A DNA stretch of 64,000 nt from assembly GCF_988242995.1 (NCBI RefSeq), contig NZ_OZ547043.1; one strand, 5' to 3'. This document shows positions 56,601 through 64,000 of the stretch, piece after piece. Every line of letters begins with the position of its first letter. Within the stretch, counting starts at the first letter, position 1. The notes under the pieces are model-generated. The model made no database searches and was not told the DNA's origin. It saw only the letters and a program-made list of their open reading frames with translations. Both the position numbers and the translations under genes were made by a program.

Positions 56601-57016
56601 TGACCGATGGCGCTGAAGTGGCGCTGGATACGCTGTTTAAAGATAAAGATCGCCCCGGTAACCGGCCTTTCCATGACTGGATGAGCATAGCGGATTTTCA
56701 GGATTTCGCTGATCAGTGGTTTGCTGCTGCGCTGGGCAGGCCGATAGAACTGACGGTGTTCGATTCGCCGCGCGATATCCCTCACCATCGTAAACTGACG
56801 GTGACTTTTGAGGATGGTCAGGTATTGAAGATCCGCTTCGATCAGGGGATGGGCTACTGGCGCATCAACTTTGCATCGCAATGGCATTACTTTGATTTCC
56901 GCGATGACGTTTCTTTCCAGTTAGTCAAAATGGCTCAGGCCTGCAAGGAAGGGAATGTGGCCAACAGCGAAGAGAGCTGGGCAACGGATGTGCTGGTGGA
57001 GGTGATCGCCTCCTGA
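50672..57016 (+). CDS. giant SF2 (DEAH-type) helicase, 2114 aa, with Cys-rich zinc-ribbon clusters (DUF1998/MrfA-like); DruE-like candidate
   Basis: Walker [11 protein letters not shown] (51041-51070); DEAH box VLDEAH (51455-51472); FVATSAT; motif [10 protein letters not shown] (54104-54127); Cys clusters at 52046-52183, 54956-55045, 55292-55303 and 55769-55801; AAGGA RBS before the ATG. Confidence 0.85.
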   Translation: MTTRYFSSLIEQSLSRSTEATLSIMGVTNPQLREHLAQQMGADCGKPGSFLASPVFQQMFGWKESNHTMRSLTEGNALLSKAVVDSLDDQSNGRYRFGADWKPFTHQLASWKALLEKKHSVVVTSGTGSGKTECFMVPVLEDLYRELHENGNNPLVGVRALFLYPLNALINSQRERLDAWTRGFGTGIRYCLYNGNTEELHAKMKTVQDNRPNEVLSREKMRLEPAPILVTNGTMLEYMMVRQVDAPIIQQSKAQKSLRWIVLDEAHTYVGSQAAELALQLRRVMTAFGVTPDDVRFVATSATIACSDAEKQLKKFLSELSGIPQERIDVLDGSRVIPELEPSKNVSVPLDEIEQIPDLDLKDKNDNKIKGISPERFYALTHSPEARYIREMLVSQPNPMKLDEMTQRLNALTKQHYSQQEVLRWIDVCSGTQPNAKDPAFLKVRAHIFQRNTQGIWACVDKDCRLKHGTPLEKGWPFGYVYVNQRQNCDCGSPVYEVAFCNDCNEPHLLAQDKKGKLVQWENKGGDEFSLQDEVPVEHDTTEEKVEKENGFLPPLIIAAGETSETGYTLQRLDHQTRRIGVINNDSIPLIINDVEQVCSASGCGYRGMSGKQPFRRALLGGPFYVTNIVPTVLEYCQDFTSDEGKEGVGPDSLPGRGRRLITFTDSRQGTARMAVRMQQEAERSLLRGSVVEILSWHQRTQTSTAPNANADLEKLAARAKQAREQAEEYRSWGMPDQAKLSQAQAEQLEQAYQAATGGKAATTLVSRTWTEMVNELKDKADIRGPVLKYNHYLQPEVFNKNGGPLKLSEMLLFREFMRRPKRTNSLETQGLVQVGYQGLEKIHKSPLHWQEKGLTLDDWRDFLKVTLDLYVRESNFTQLDDELKNWIGSRFSSKFVRNPESKDPEDNQNRRWPQIRNGNVSHRLAKLLMLGAGFKTVNTATIDIINTWLKEAWAQLTGPLAVLKPDGNRFYLPKEHMTFSLITDAWICPVTNKILDTAFKGLTPYLPTHISFEHLTQAQYDTFVAQKVTMPEIWKLDRSQEDYAEGLAKARDWVNNDPLIAQLRSENVWTDINDRVVEGGFYYRTAEHSAQQSSERLQSYEKMFKNGQLNVLNCSTTMEMGVDIGGITAVVMNNVPPHPANYLQRAGRAGRSKESRAISYTLCKGNPHDQQVFANPLWPFETMIPAPMVAMNSARLVQRHVNALLLSDFLCNVIGETDKEKTSLDSLWFFGEDDGQSKCERFKVWLERPVLDIDMALERLVKGTALHGARAEHLRDKTINAITFLQQRWLSVYRDLVTQERESQPQTPYRKRIELEKKRHCGEYLLRDLAARTFLPGYGFPTDVVTFDNFTMEDYIREKSQKSRDKKDREDNVSRYKGLPSRNLGVAIREYAPGAEIILDGRVFRSAGVSLHWHNINADTNEAQRLDCAWRCHKCGTIGYEEGMSSSGMLFCSNSACGEKITMDNRRQVLQPAGFVTDAHAPVTNNIETMKFVPVVPAWVFVKAEPVPLPNPLMGYMASGADGHVFQQSLGEGGHGYALCLSCGRAESMLNENDAPKSMEAHYPPRPGKADRDSQNHRLICPGSTALMKNVTLGALARTDVFEMVLRKPQNGEYLPDNTEEGRIVAMTLAVALRQALAGVLGISAAELGYSVRPVRLEDGQSVLAVQLYDVISGGAGFASSAPVHIEAILQGMVKQLGCRHCDTACSECLLDSQTRHDHDLLDRKVALAWLGDDFTYYIGLPDEETFSLPDARYCPGAIGDTIRRAINEGAEKLTLWMTGAPNEWDLYGRQFRAAIQSYRLKDNVEVDLVIPAGVDDPDLLHELSQFTALGVRLCHVEQELQLPIVAQVTFADRVMTLASRSQQATIPGPEWHLNDELVVRSLGYQTVELNEFILPAKAANAVERVKDIQIHKQLNGPLSQFGQRFWDVLFNDHEEAQSLMKNTRITGVHYTDRYLQNPVALALLGSILKPLKTKLTDGAEVALDTLFKDKDRPGNRPFHDWMSIADFQDFADQWFAAALGRPIELTVFDSPRDIPHHRKLTVTFEDGQVLKIRFDQGMGYWRINFASQWHYFDFRDDVSFQLVKMAQACKEGNVANSEESWATDVLVEVIAS

Positions 57017-57023
57017 TGATGTG

Positions 57024-57050
57024 CCGCTCCCGACGTCGTGTCGGGAGCGG
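57024..57050. terminator. bidirectional hairpin terminator between the convergent helicase gene and mcrC
   Basis: Perfect inverted repeat ccgctcccgac-gtcgt-gtcgggagcgg 8 nt after the helicase stop, followed by tattgtct. Confidence 0.55.
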
Positions 57051-57072
57051 TATTGTCTATAAAACTTACCGC

Positions 57073-58119
57073 TTATTTGAGATATTCATCGAAAATGGCG
57101 AGTAATTCTTGATGTATACACGGCCATTCCTGACCTAAATTGACGGTACACAGGCCAATATCGAAGCCATTAATTTTATAACGATGTTTCACTGCGGTGT
57201 CTACGTGGGGGTATATTAATAAACCCCCTATGTTTTCGCCATTTTCAGGTTTTAACGACCATAAGTAATTCATCAGTTGATAAAGATTTTGAGAGTGAAA
57301 TTTTTCTGAGCCCATTCGTCGTGAAAAAATGCTCTTATAGTATTTGGCGTCAACGATAAGTATTTTTTCTGATGAGCGAATGGTGATGTCAGTTTCCATT
57401 CGAGGTAACAAATTAAGTGACTGATCCGATATGCTCGATGCATCCCATTTTAAATAAGAGCGGGTTGTATTTGCAGACGTTAATTCACGGCGGCAAAATT
57501 CAAAAAGAAACTTTTGATAAAGTAATGACATCTCTTTTTCGTTTCTTTCAAAATCATAGAAACGGTAGTGTCCTTTGTTTTGACCTGGGATAGAATTATT
57601 GACGATGAACTTACAGACGCTGATAACAAATTTATAATAACGCGTGTTCTTTCCGCCATTCAGATAGCTGAAATGCTGCGGAGTTAAATGAAGAGTGCTA
57701 ATGCCCGGTAATTTTCTATAAAGTGAACGAGCTTCATCTCTGATGGTTGAGTTTAACTTTTCATGCTTAATTAACATGGCTAATGTGCTTTTTATAATTC
57801 GGTTAGCCAGCGTATCTTCATTAAGCAGATCAAAAGTACTGACGGTTTTCCCATGATTAAGATGGAAGCCGCGTATTGTTTTAGCAAACTCTATTCGCCC
57901 TTTGATGCCAGGAATGATCTCGGTATTAGGATTGTAATCAAGCTCAAGCCCTCGGCGTGAAAGCTGTAAAACCCCTTTATTTAATACATACCCCAGGATA
58001 TCAAGAAGATTGTTACCGGGAATGGCTTCAAGGTCGGCCTGCTTAATTTCCTGTAAATAACCCCATGCATAGGTAAGCATGTAATAGATATTACGGACAG
58101 GTATCACGGGCTGTTCCAC
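57073..58119 (-). CDS. mcrC: McrBC restriction endonuclease, nuclease subunit
   Basis: 348-aa ORF whose start overlaps the mcrB stop; recognised as McrC. Confidence 0.9.
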   Translation of the reverse strand: MEQPVIPVRNIYYMLTYAWGYLQEIKQADLEAIPGNNLLDILGYVLNKGVLQLSRRGLELDYNPNTEIIPGIKGRIEFAKTIRGFHLNHGKTVSTFDLLNEDTLANRIIKSTLAMLIKHEKLNSTIRDEARSLYRKLPGISTLHLTPQHFSYLNGGKNTRYYKFVISVCKFIVNNSIPGQNKGHYRFYDFERNEKEMSLLYQKFLFEFCRRELTSANTTRSYLKWDASSISDQSLNLLPRMETDITIRSSEKILIVDAKYYKSIFSRRMGSEKFHSQNLYQLMNYLWSLKPENGENIGGLLIYPHVDTAVKHRYKINGFDIGLCTVNLGQEWPCIHQELLAIFDEYLK

Positions 58120-59498
58120 TATGAGTCACCTAATAATTTGTCGGCCCATATCTGTTGTTTATAGGGGTCATCAAAGAAATATTCTTCGAGTAAAGGGGCG
58201 ATATCCGTCATCACAATTTCCTTAAGCCATTGCGTATCAGGAGAGGTGCCATCTTCCAACCCGGAGCAGAAGTAACTATGCCCAATGCGGAATCCTTTCC
58301 CAAGGATAGTGGCCTCTTTGCTGATTTCCTGGTTTAACTCATTCATTTTTTGGCATAAAGACTCAACAAATGAAGGTTCTGCTTTTTTATTCAGTAAAAA
58401 ATTACGGAACTGTGGTGTATCAAAACCAGGCTCAATATCTATGAAAGAAAATCGTCTGCGCAGGGCATAATCAACAACGGCCAGAGAGCGATCGGCAGTA
58501 TTCATTAAACCGATAATATAAACATTCTCCGGGACATAGAATCGTTCTTCATCGTTTTCGGAATAGGTTAAGGGAACAGACCAGTTTTCACCTCGTTTAT
58601 CATGTTCCATTAACATCATCACTTCGCCAAATACTTTACTGAGATTGGCACGATTGATTTCATCTATAATAAAAACATACTTTTTCTCTGGCTGCTCTTT
58701 AGCTTGCTGACAAAAATTGTAAAATATGCCGTCTTTACGTCGGAAGCCGACGCCATTCGGACGATAGCCCTGTATAAAATCCTCATAGCTATAAGATTGA
58801 TGGAACTGAACCATATTGACGCGTTGCGGAGCCTTTTCTCCTGTCAGCAGGTAAGCCAGACGGCGTGCAACAAAGGTTTTTCCAACGCCGGGCGGCCCCT
58901 GGAGGATAATATTTTTTTTGATGGTTAATCGTTTGAGTATCGTCTCTATCGTGGTTTCAGGGATAAACAAATCATTTAACGCATCTTCCAGACAGTATGA
59001 TTCAGTTTTTGACATAGGTGGAATAACACTCTTGCCAGAATTAAATATTAATTTATAGTCGTTGATTATGTTGTCCAGCATGGAGGCAAACCGGGTATAA
59101 TCAAGACCCTGTGAGACTTTTTGGGAACAGGCGTAATAGGACTGTCCGTATTTTTTAGGATAAACACCTGAAGTTGTCTGGAAATACTCTGCGATTGTTT
59201 TAGGTATGTCTGAAGAGAACTGCCATTGGGCATGTGGTTTATTCGTGTCGCTTATACCATAAGCCAAAACCAACTCATCAAAATCTTTATAATAGAGAAT
59301 AACGGGATATATACCGTTAGAAACTTCCTGACCTTCTCCCAGAAATGCAAACCAGGGAATAGATGTAAAATTGCCATAACCGAAACTCACTTTTACTCGC
59401 AGGTTACGGTAAGACGTTGGATAATCTTTGGTGGATTGTGAACTTTTTTGCTGTGCTTGCTCAATAAATTTTTCAATCCAGGCTTGAATTGATTCCAT
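58119..59498 (-). CDS. mcrB: McrBC 5-methylcytosine-specific restriction enzyme, GTPase/DNA-binding subunit
   Basis: AAA+ Walker A GPPGVGKT and Walker B FIIDEINRAN; start placed at MESIQAWIEKF for about 459 aa (ORF track begins 6 codons earlier). Confidence 0.9.
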   Translation of the reverse strand: MESIQAWIEKFIEQAQQKSSQSTKDYPTSYRNLRVKVSFGYGNFTSIPWFAFLGEGQEVSNGIYPVILYYKDFDELVLAYGISDTNKPHAQWQFSSDIPKTIAEYFQTTSGVYPKKYGQSYYACSQKVSQGLDYTRFASMLDNIINDYKLIFNSGKSVIPPMSKTESYCLEDALNDLFIPETTIETILKRLTIKKNIILQGPPGVGKTFVARRLAYLLTGEKAPQRVNMVQFHQSYSYEDFIQGYRPNGVGFRRKDGIFYNFCQQAKEQPEKKYVFIIDEINRANLSKVFGEVMMLMEHDKRGENWSVPLTYSENDEERFYVPENVYIIGLMNTADRSLAVVDYALRRRFSFIDIEPGFDTPQFRNFLLNKKAEPSFVESLCQKMNELNQEISKEATILGKGFRIGHSYFCSGLEDGTSPDTQWLKEIVMTDIAPLLEEYFFDDPYKQQIWADKLLGDS

Positions 59499-59659
59499 AA
59501 GATGTGCCTTCCTCATTGCTAAGCCTCTATTATCGCTTTCGCAACGTACTGAAACAATAGATTTTTACTGCAAAAGGTGGTGGGTAAATATTTACTGAGG
59601 GGGAAAGTTTCTATTGAGTCAGTGGAAGGCTCCCGGTGGTTAACCGGGAGTAAACGCTG

Positions 59660-60001
59660 TTACGCGACTTTCTGTTTACCGGCAATCACTCCAATAAACG
59701 CCTGCACCTGCTTTTGTTTACGTGCCGACAGCTTGCACACCTGGCGCAGCGACTGCATCAGTTCGCTCTCTTCGACGGCGAGTGGTTGGGCGGTGAGGAC
59801 AATACAGCCTTCCATCACTTTGACATCTACCGCCGTGCCGGTGGTAAAACCGGCGGCTTCCAGCCACTGACCTTTCAGGGTGATGGCGGGAATACGGCTG
59901 TAATCCGGGTAGCGACTCGCATAACTCACGGTTAATTGACGGTTATTTGCCGGGGAGACTTCTGCTTCGAACGGTTGTGCAATAGAATGCATGTCAGTCA
60001 T
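59660..60001 (-). CDS. symE: SOS-induced toxin SymE (AbrB-fold RNA endonuclease-like)
   Basis: 113-aa [55 protein letters not shown]...; upstream LexA box. Confidence 0.85.
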   Translation of the reverse strand: MTDMHSIAQPFEAEVSPANNRQLTVSYASRYPDYSRIPAITLKGQWLEAAGFTTGTAVDVKVMEGCIVLTAQPLAVEESELMQSLRQVCKLSARKQKQVQAFIGVIAGKQKVA

Positions 60002-60072
60002 GATTACTATTCCTTAGAAATAGGGATTGTGATTAGCGGTGCGGGTGTGTTGGCGCACATCCGCACCGCGCT
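59996..60072 (+). ncRNA. symR: cis-antisense sRNA SymR (antitoxin RNA of symE), approximate
   Basis: Plus-strand TAGAAT -10 at 59983-59988 inside the symE 5' codons; GC-rich hairpin at 60036-60069 would end a roughly 77-nt transcript antisense to the symE RBS and start codon. Boundaries inferred. Confidence 0.35.
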
Positions 60073-60078
60073 AAATAC

Positions 60079-60094
60079 CTGGATATATCATCAG
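60079..60094. promoter_or_regulatory. LexA box (SOS operator) upstream of symE
   Basis: CTGGATATATCATCAG fits CTGT-N8-ACAG with one mismatch in each half; about 80 bp upstream of the symE start. Confidence 0.5.
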
Positions 60095-60228
60095 TAAATA
60101 CCGGGAAAGTCCAGCTAAAAATAGAATAAAATGGGCAATTTCCGGAATGATTTAAATATATTTATGTGAGTTATGATTGGCGAGAAATAATAAAAAGCGC
60201 ACCGGAAAGGTGCGCCAGAAAATAATGA

Positions 60229-61653
60229 TCAGAACTTTTTACGCGAGGCTTTTTTACCCCCGCTGGCTGCGCGCTCAGCTTTGATTTTCTCCAGCAACGC
60301 AGCGGCGCTGTTTTCTCCGCTGATTAAATCCGGGTTTTCGGCCCGCCACTGGGCGGTGAGTTCACCACGGAACGCTTTTGCCAGGATGGATTGCGTCAGG
60401 TTGTTGACGCGGGCTAAGGCGTTGTTGACCTGTTTTTCTATGGAGTCGGCGTAGGCGAAGAGTTGCTCGACGCGGCGAACGATTTCGTGTTGTTCTTCTA
60501 TAGACGGTAAAGGGACAAATGCATTTTTAAGATCTTTTAAATTTAATGTCTTTCTGGCGACCTCCTTAGATGACTGAACTAGCCATGTTTGCATAACTGG
60601 TGAACTTAACCATATATGGAGAAACATAGGAACAATAATCTTATATTCAGGAGATATTCTGGCAACGGCACGAGCGATATTAACATTTATATCTTCTCTA
60701 ACAATACCTATTCTACCTATAGCCCCAACAATTGTTACAAGAATGTCATTCTTTCGTACTTTGGAACGCTTATATTGTAAATCTATTTCCTTTGAAATTT
60801 TACGAAGATGATTTAAATCTACTTCACCATCGTTAATATCACAAACACGAATTAATTCTATACCGTCTTTTATATCATCTCCAGGTTGCACCACACCATA
60901 ACATAATGGTCTTTGTGTATTGATAATGTTATTCAAAATTGTTTCACTCCAGTCTTCTGGAATAAGGATTTTGTAGTTATCTAATTCAACTTTTTTTGTT
61001 ATAAAATCTTTATCTTCTTTGGTCAACCTACCAGTTACTGCCGCAGCCAACACCGCCTGACGAAAACGTTTCAGGATTTGTGGGATTTGCTCAAGGCGTG
61101 CTTTGGTGCTGTCTACCTGCGCCAGCAGCGTATCGAGTTTTTCAGCGATGATTTTTTGCTCGGCAAGTGGTGGCAACGGAAGTAGGGTATCTTGAAGTGT
61201 CCTGGAAGAAAGATGCTTTACAGTAACCGAGGACGTATTTGCATTGATTGCGGATAAATATCCTGGTAAGGCGTGATAGAAAAACCTTTTATTGTATTTG
61301 TCTTCCTGAACTTCAATTTTACATACTCGTTGATTTAACAGAGCTGGTTCTGAGCACCATATAGTTGCATTAAAATCACCATCCATTCCCACGATTAAGT
61401 CTTCGGGATATACCCAATATCCCTCAGGAATTTGACCCGAGTAATAAGTCGATGTATTACCTTTTAGAACATCACGAATTCTAATTAATGGTACACCATC
61501 TTTACGATTATTAAATTCTGACGACTTAAAAGCAAAACCGTTTGTGATGTTTGCTACGGAATCCATTGAAATACGTAACCAGCTATCATGGATTGAAAGT
61601 AACCCATTGATATTTTGCTCAATTAATTCTTTTGATGTTGAGTTGAAACTCAT
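60229..61653 (-). CDS. hsdS: type I restriction-modification specificity subunit
   Basis: 474-aa ORF with two variable target-recognition regions separated by a conserved central repeat (LPPLAEQKIIAEKLDTLLAQVDSTKARLEQIPQILKRFRQAVL) and a similar C-terminal repeat (LPSIEEQHEIVRRVEQLFAYADSIEKQVNN); 4-nt overlap with hsdM. Confidence 0.9.
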   Translation of the reverse strand: MSFNSTSKELIEQNINGLLSIHDSWLRISMDSVANITNGFAFKSSEFNNRKDGVPLIRIRDVLKGNTSTYYSGQIPEGYWVYPEDLIVGMDGDFNATIWCSEPALLNQRVCKIEVQEDKYNKRFFYHALPGYLSAINANTSSVTVKHLSSRTLQDTLLPLPPLAEQKIIAEKLDTLLAQVDSTKARLEQIPQILKRFRQAVLAAAVTGRLTKEDKDFITKKVELDNYKILIPEDWSETILNNIINTQRPLCYGVVQPGDDIKDGIELIRVCDINDGEVDLNHLRKISKEIDLQYKRSKVRKNDILVTIVGAIGRIGIVREDINVNIARAVARISPEYKIIVPMFLHIWLSSPVMQTWLVQSSKEVARKTLNLKDLKNAFVPLPSIEEQHEIVRRVEQLFAYADSIEKQVNNALARVNNLTQSILAKAFRGELTAQWRAENPDLISGENSAAALLEKIKAERAASGGKKASRKKF

Positions 61654-63239
61654 TCCTTCACCCCACCAAACGCTTCTTCCAGCAACTGACGCTGTGCATC
61701 CGCCTCATCGCTCGCTCCCAGTTCACGTATCAGCGCATCCAGTTCGCCCAGCGCCTGTACCAGCTCGCCCATCGCTTCTGCCGCTAATACATCCGGCTCC
61801 GGCAGGTTGTCGGCATCAATGCTATCTTTATCTTTCAGCCAGGAGATATCCAGCGAATCGGATTTCGTGGTGCGGATCCACTCGCGGGTGAACTTACGCC
61901 AGCGGCTGGTAGCCAGGTGCTGGTCGGTGTTTTTGTTCTCTTCGCTGTCGGCAACTTCCGTCTCTTCGGCGTTAAAACTCCATTCCCCTTCGCTACGCGG
62001 GCTTAAACCGTGCGGATCTTCGCCATACACGCGCTCAAACGGCTGCAGATGCTCGTCGGTAAACGGCGTGCGTTTGCCGAAGCTCGGCATATTGGTACGC
62101 AGGTCGTACACCCACACATCATCGGTACAGTTCTTATCCTGATGCGGGTTCGCCACCGTCCCTTTGGTAAAGAACAGCACGTTCGCCTTCACGCCCTGCG
62201 CGTAAAAAATACCGGTCGGCAGACGCAGAATAGTGTGCAGATGACACTTATCCATCAGGTCACGACGGATGTCCGTGCCTTTGCCGCCTTCAAACAGCAC
62301 GTTATCCGGCACCACCACCGCCGCACGACCGCCGGGGTGCAGTGTTTCGATAATATGCTGCATAAAGCACAATTGTTTGTTGCTGGTCGGGTGAACAAAG
62401 GTACGGGTAATGTTGGTGCCTGCGGCGCTACCAAACGGCGGGTTAGTGGCGACAATATGCGCCTTCGGCAGGTTTTCACCGTCGCTACCCAGGGTGTTGC
62501 CCAGACGGATTGCGCCACCGTGGTCGAGGTTGCCTTCGATATCGTGCAGCAGGCAGTTCATTAGCGCCAGACGACGGGTGCCGGGTACCAGTTCGAGGCC
62601 GATAAACGCGCGGTGGATCTGGAAATCCTGCGTGTCGCCATCAAGGTCGTCCAGATCGTTAGTCTGCGACTTAACGTAGCGGTCAGCTTCAATCAAAAAG
62701 CCCGCTGTACCTGCTGCCGGGTCCTGCACCACTTCACGCGGCTGCGGTTTCAGCAGATGAATAATGGTTTTAATCAGCGGACGTGGGGTGAAGTACTGGC
62801 CCGCGCCAGACTTGGTTTCGTTGGCGTTTTTCTGCAACAGCCCTTCGTACATATCGCCGAAGTCATCGCGTGACTTACCGTGCGCGCCGTTGTACCAGTC
62901 CAGTGAATCCATATTGCTGACCAGTTCGGTCAACTGTTTCGGCTGGGTAATGGTGGTGTTGACGTTCTGGAACACCGCCTGCACCAGCTTTTGATTGTCG
63001 GCGCCCAGATGCACCAGCAGGTTACGGTAGAACTGCAACTGCTCCTGGCCGATGCGGGATTTCAGGTCATCCCAGCGGTAGCCTTCCGGCAGGTATTCCG
63101 CTTCCTGTCCGGTTTCTTTACACATTTTCAAAAACAGCAGCGAGGCGAGTTCATTGACGTAGTTTTGATAGGAAACGCCGCCATCGCGCAGGTTGTCGCA
63201 CAGTTTCCACAGCTTCGCGACCAGATCGTTATTGTTCAT
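61650..63239 (-). CDS. hsdM: type I restriction-modification N6-adenine DNA methyltransferase subunit
   Basis: 529-aa ORF with the catalytic NPPF motif (IVATNPPFGSAAG) and SAM-binding region. Confidence 0.95.
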   Translation of the reverse strand: MNNNDLVAKLWKLCDNLRDGGVSYQNYVNELASLLFLKMCKETGQEAEYLPEGYRWDDLKSRIGQEQLQFYRNLLVHLGADNQKLVQAVFQNVNTTITQPKQLTELVSNMDSLDWYNGAHGKSRDDFGDMYEGLLQKNANETKSGAGQYFTPRPLIKTIIHLLKPQPREVVQDPAAGTAGFLIEADRYVKSQTNDLDDLDGDTQDFQIHRAFIGLELVPGTRRLALMNCLLHDIEGNLDHGGAIRLGNTLGSDGENLPKAHIVATNPPFGSAAGTNITRTFVHPTSNKQLCFMQHIIETLHPGGRAAVVVPDNVLFEGGKGTDIRRDLMDKCHLHTILRLPTGIFYAQGVKANVLFFTKGTVANPHQDKNCTDDVWVYDLRTNMPSFGKRTPFTDEHLQPFERVYGEDPHGLSPRSEGEWSFNAEETEVADSEENKNTDQHLATSRWRKFTREWIRTTKSDSLDISWLKDKDSIDADNLPEPDVLAAEAMGELVQALGELDALIRELGASDEADAQRQLLEEAFGGVKE

Positions 63240-63439
63240 TGTAAGTTCCGTAAATTAAGCAGCGGCCCGCATGTTCGGGGCCGCAGAAGAAGAAATTGCC
63301 GAGGGTAATATACACAAAATCATTCAGATTGCATCAAGGCGGCAAGTGAGCGAATCCCCGGGAGCGTACAGAAGTACTTGACCGGGGTAAACGAGCGCAG
63401 CCAACGCAGAGGCAGCCTGAAGGATGAAGTGTATACGTG

Positions 63440-64000
63440 TCAGGCCAGCTCGTCCCAAATGTAATCGCTGAATTTATCGAGCAGGTTGTCGAGATTATCG
63501 TCAAAGGTTCTTTGCAGCATCGCCTTCCCGCCGCGACGGTGGAAGTTGCCGGTTTTGAAGACATCGTCGTCGAGCACCACTTTCTCTTTCAGCGCCTGCG
63601 CTAAACGATCGAGCCAGCTTAATTGCTCGCTGCTCCAGTCATTTTCGCCCTTAATGCGCGTCAGCGCGTGATCGACACGTTCCTCAAACGGTTTCAGCGC
63701 ATCGCCCACCGCAGCGCGGCGAATATGTCCAATCAGCCGGGCGGCGATATCTTCATTGCGCGTCTCTTGCCATGCTTTGCGCAGGGAAGATTCCTCAAAG
63801 TGCTGGCGGTCAAACCACTCCTGTAGCTCGACCAGCCCTTTACGGGTGAGATCGCGCGGGCGATTAATCACCGCCTGCAATGCCGGCTGTGCATTCGGGG
63901 AACGTTGCACCAGCGAGTCAAAGGCTTCGAGGAAATCCTGCGGCGTGTCGTAATCACCGTACAGCGATTTTACGCTCACCACTTCATCGTCGATATCGAG
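63440..64000 (-). CDS. hsdR: type I restriction enzyme R subunit, C-terminal 187 codons only (gene continues beyond window)
   Basis: Minus-strand ORF ending ...DYIWDELA with stop at 63440; position upstream of hsdM as in hsdRMS operons. Confidence 0.85.
   Translation of the reverse strand, partial: LDIDDEVVSVKSLYGDYDTPQDFLEAFDSLVQRSPNAQPALQAVINRPRDLTRKGLVELQEWFDRQHFEESSLRKAWQETRNEDIAARLIGHIRRAAVGDALKPFEERVDHALTRIKGENDWSSEQLSWLDRLAQALKEKVVLDDDVFKTGNFHRRGGKAMLQRTFDDNLDNLLDKFSDYIWDELA

Noticed and set aside
46872-57072. Possibility that the giant-helicase operon is carried on an IS, transposon or integrative element
   Set aside because: No transposase or integrase ORF, tRNA, terminal inverted repeats or obvious direct repeats flank it; it looks like a variable chromosomal defence-island cassette.
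60036-60069. 14-bp GC-rich hairpin considered as an intrinsic terminator for hsdS
   Set aside because: No U-tract on either strand and it lies about 160 bp from the hsdS stop; better explained as part of the symE leader and SymR.

Overview
This 64-kb window reads as an Escherichia coli-type chromosomal segment. Gene order is yjhI (partial), the sgc operon, yjhP-yjhQ-topAI, a yjhR helicase remnant, nanS-nanM-nanC, fimBE-fimS-fimAICDFGH, gntP, uxuAB, uxuR, yjiC, iraD, hypT, iadA-yjiG-yjiH, kptA, yjiJ/K/L/M/N, mdtM, rpnD, yjiR, yjiS, then the restriction island mcrCB-symE-hsdSM-hsdR (partial). All calls come from reading the six-frame translations against remembered protein families and motifs; no database search or computation was possible, and hand-derived coordinates may be off by 1-3 nt. 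The stand-out is a 9.7-kb two-gene operon (47321-57016) between yjiS and mcrC: a 1112-aa protein with no motif I can recognise, followed 12 bp later by a 2114-aa SF2 helicase with a split helicase core and several cysteine clusters. That architecture and its position inside a restriction/defence island make it a strong candidate helicase-based anti-phage system (Druantia-like), possibly undescribed. Other second-look items are the fim switch apparently in the OFF orientation, a helicase-PLD pseudogene, a nonsense-interrupted zinc-ribbon ORF, a small ORF coupled to yjiL, an hsdS whose N-terminal half looks different from the K-12 one, and LexA/SymR control of symE. No rRNA, tRNA, CRISPR array or IS element was recognised.
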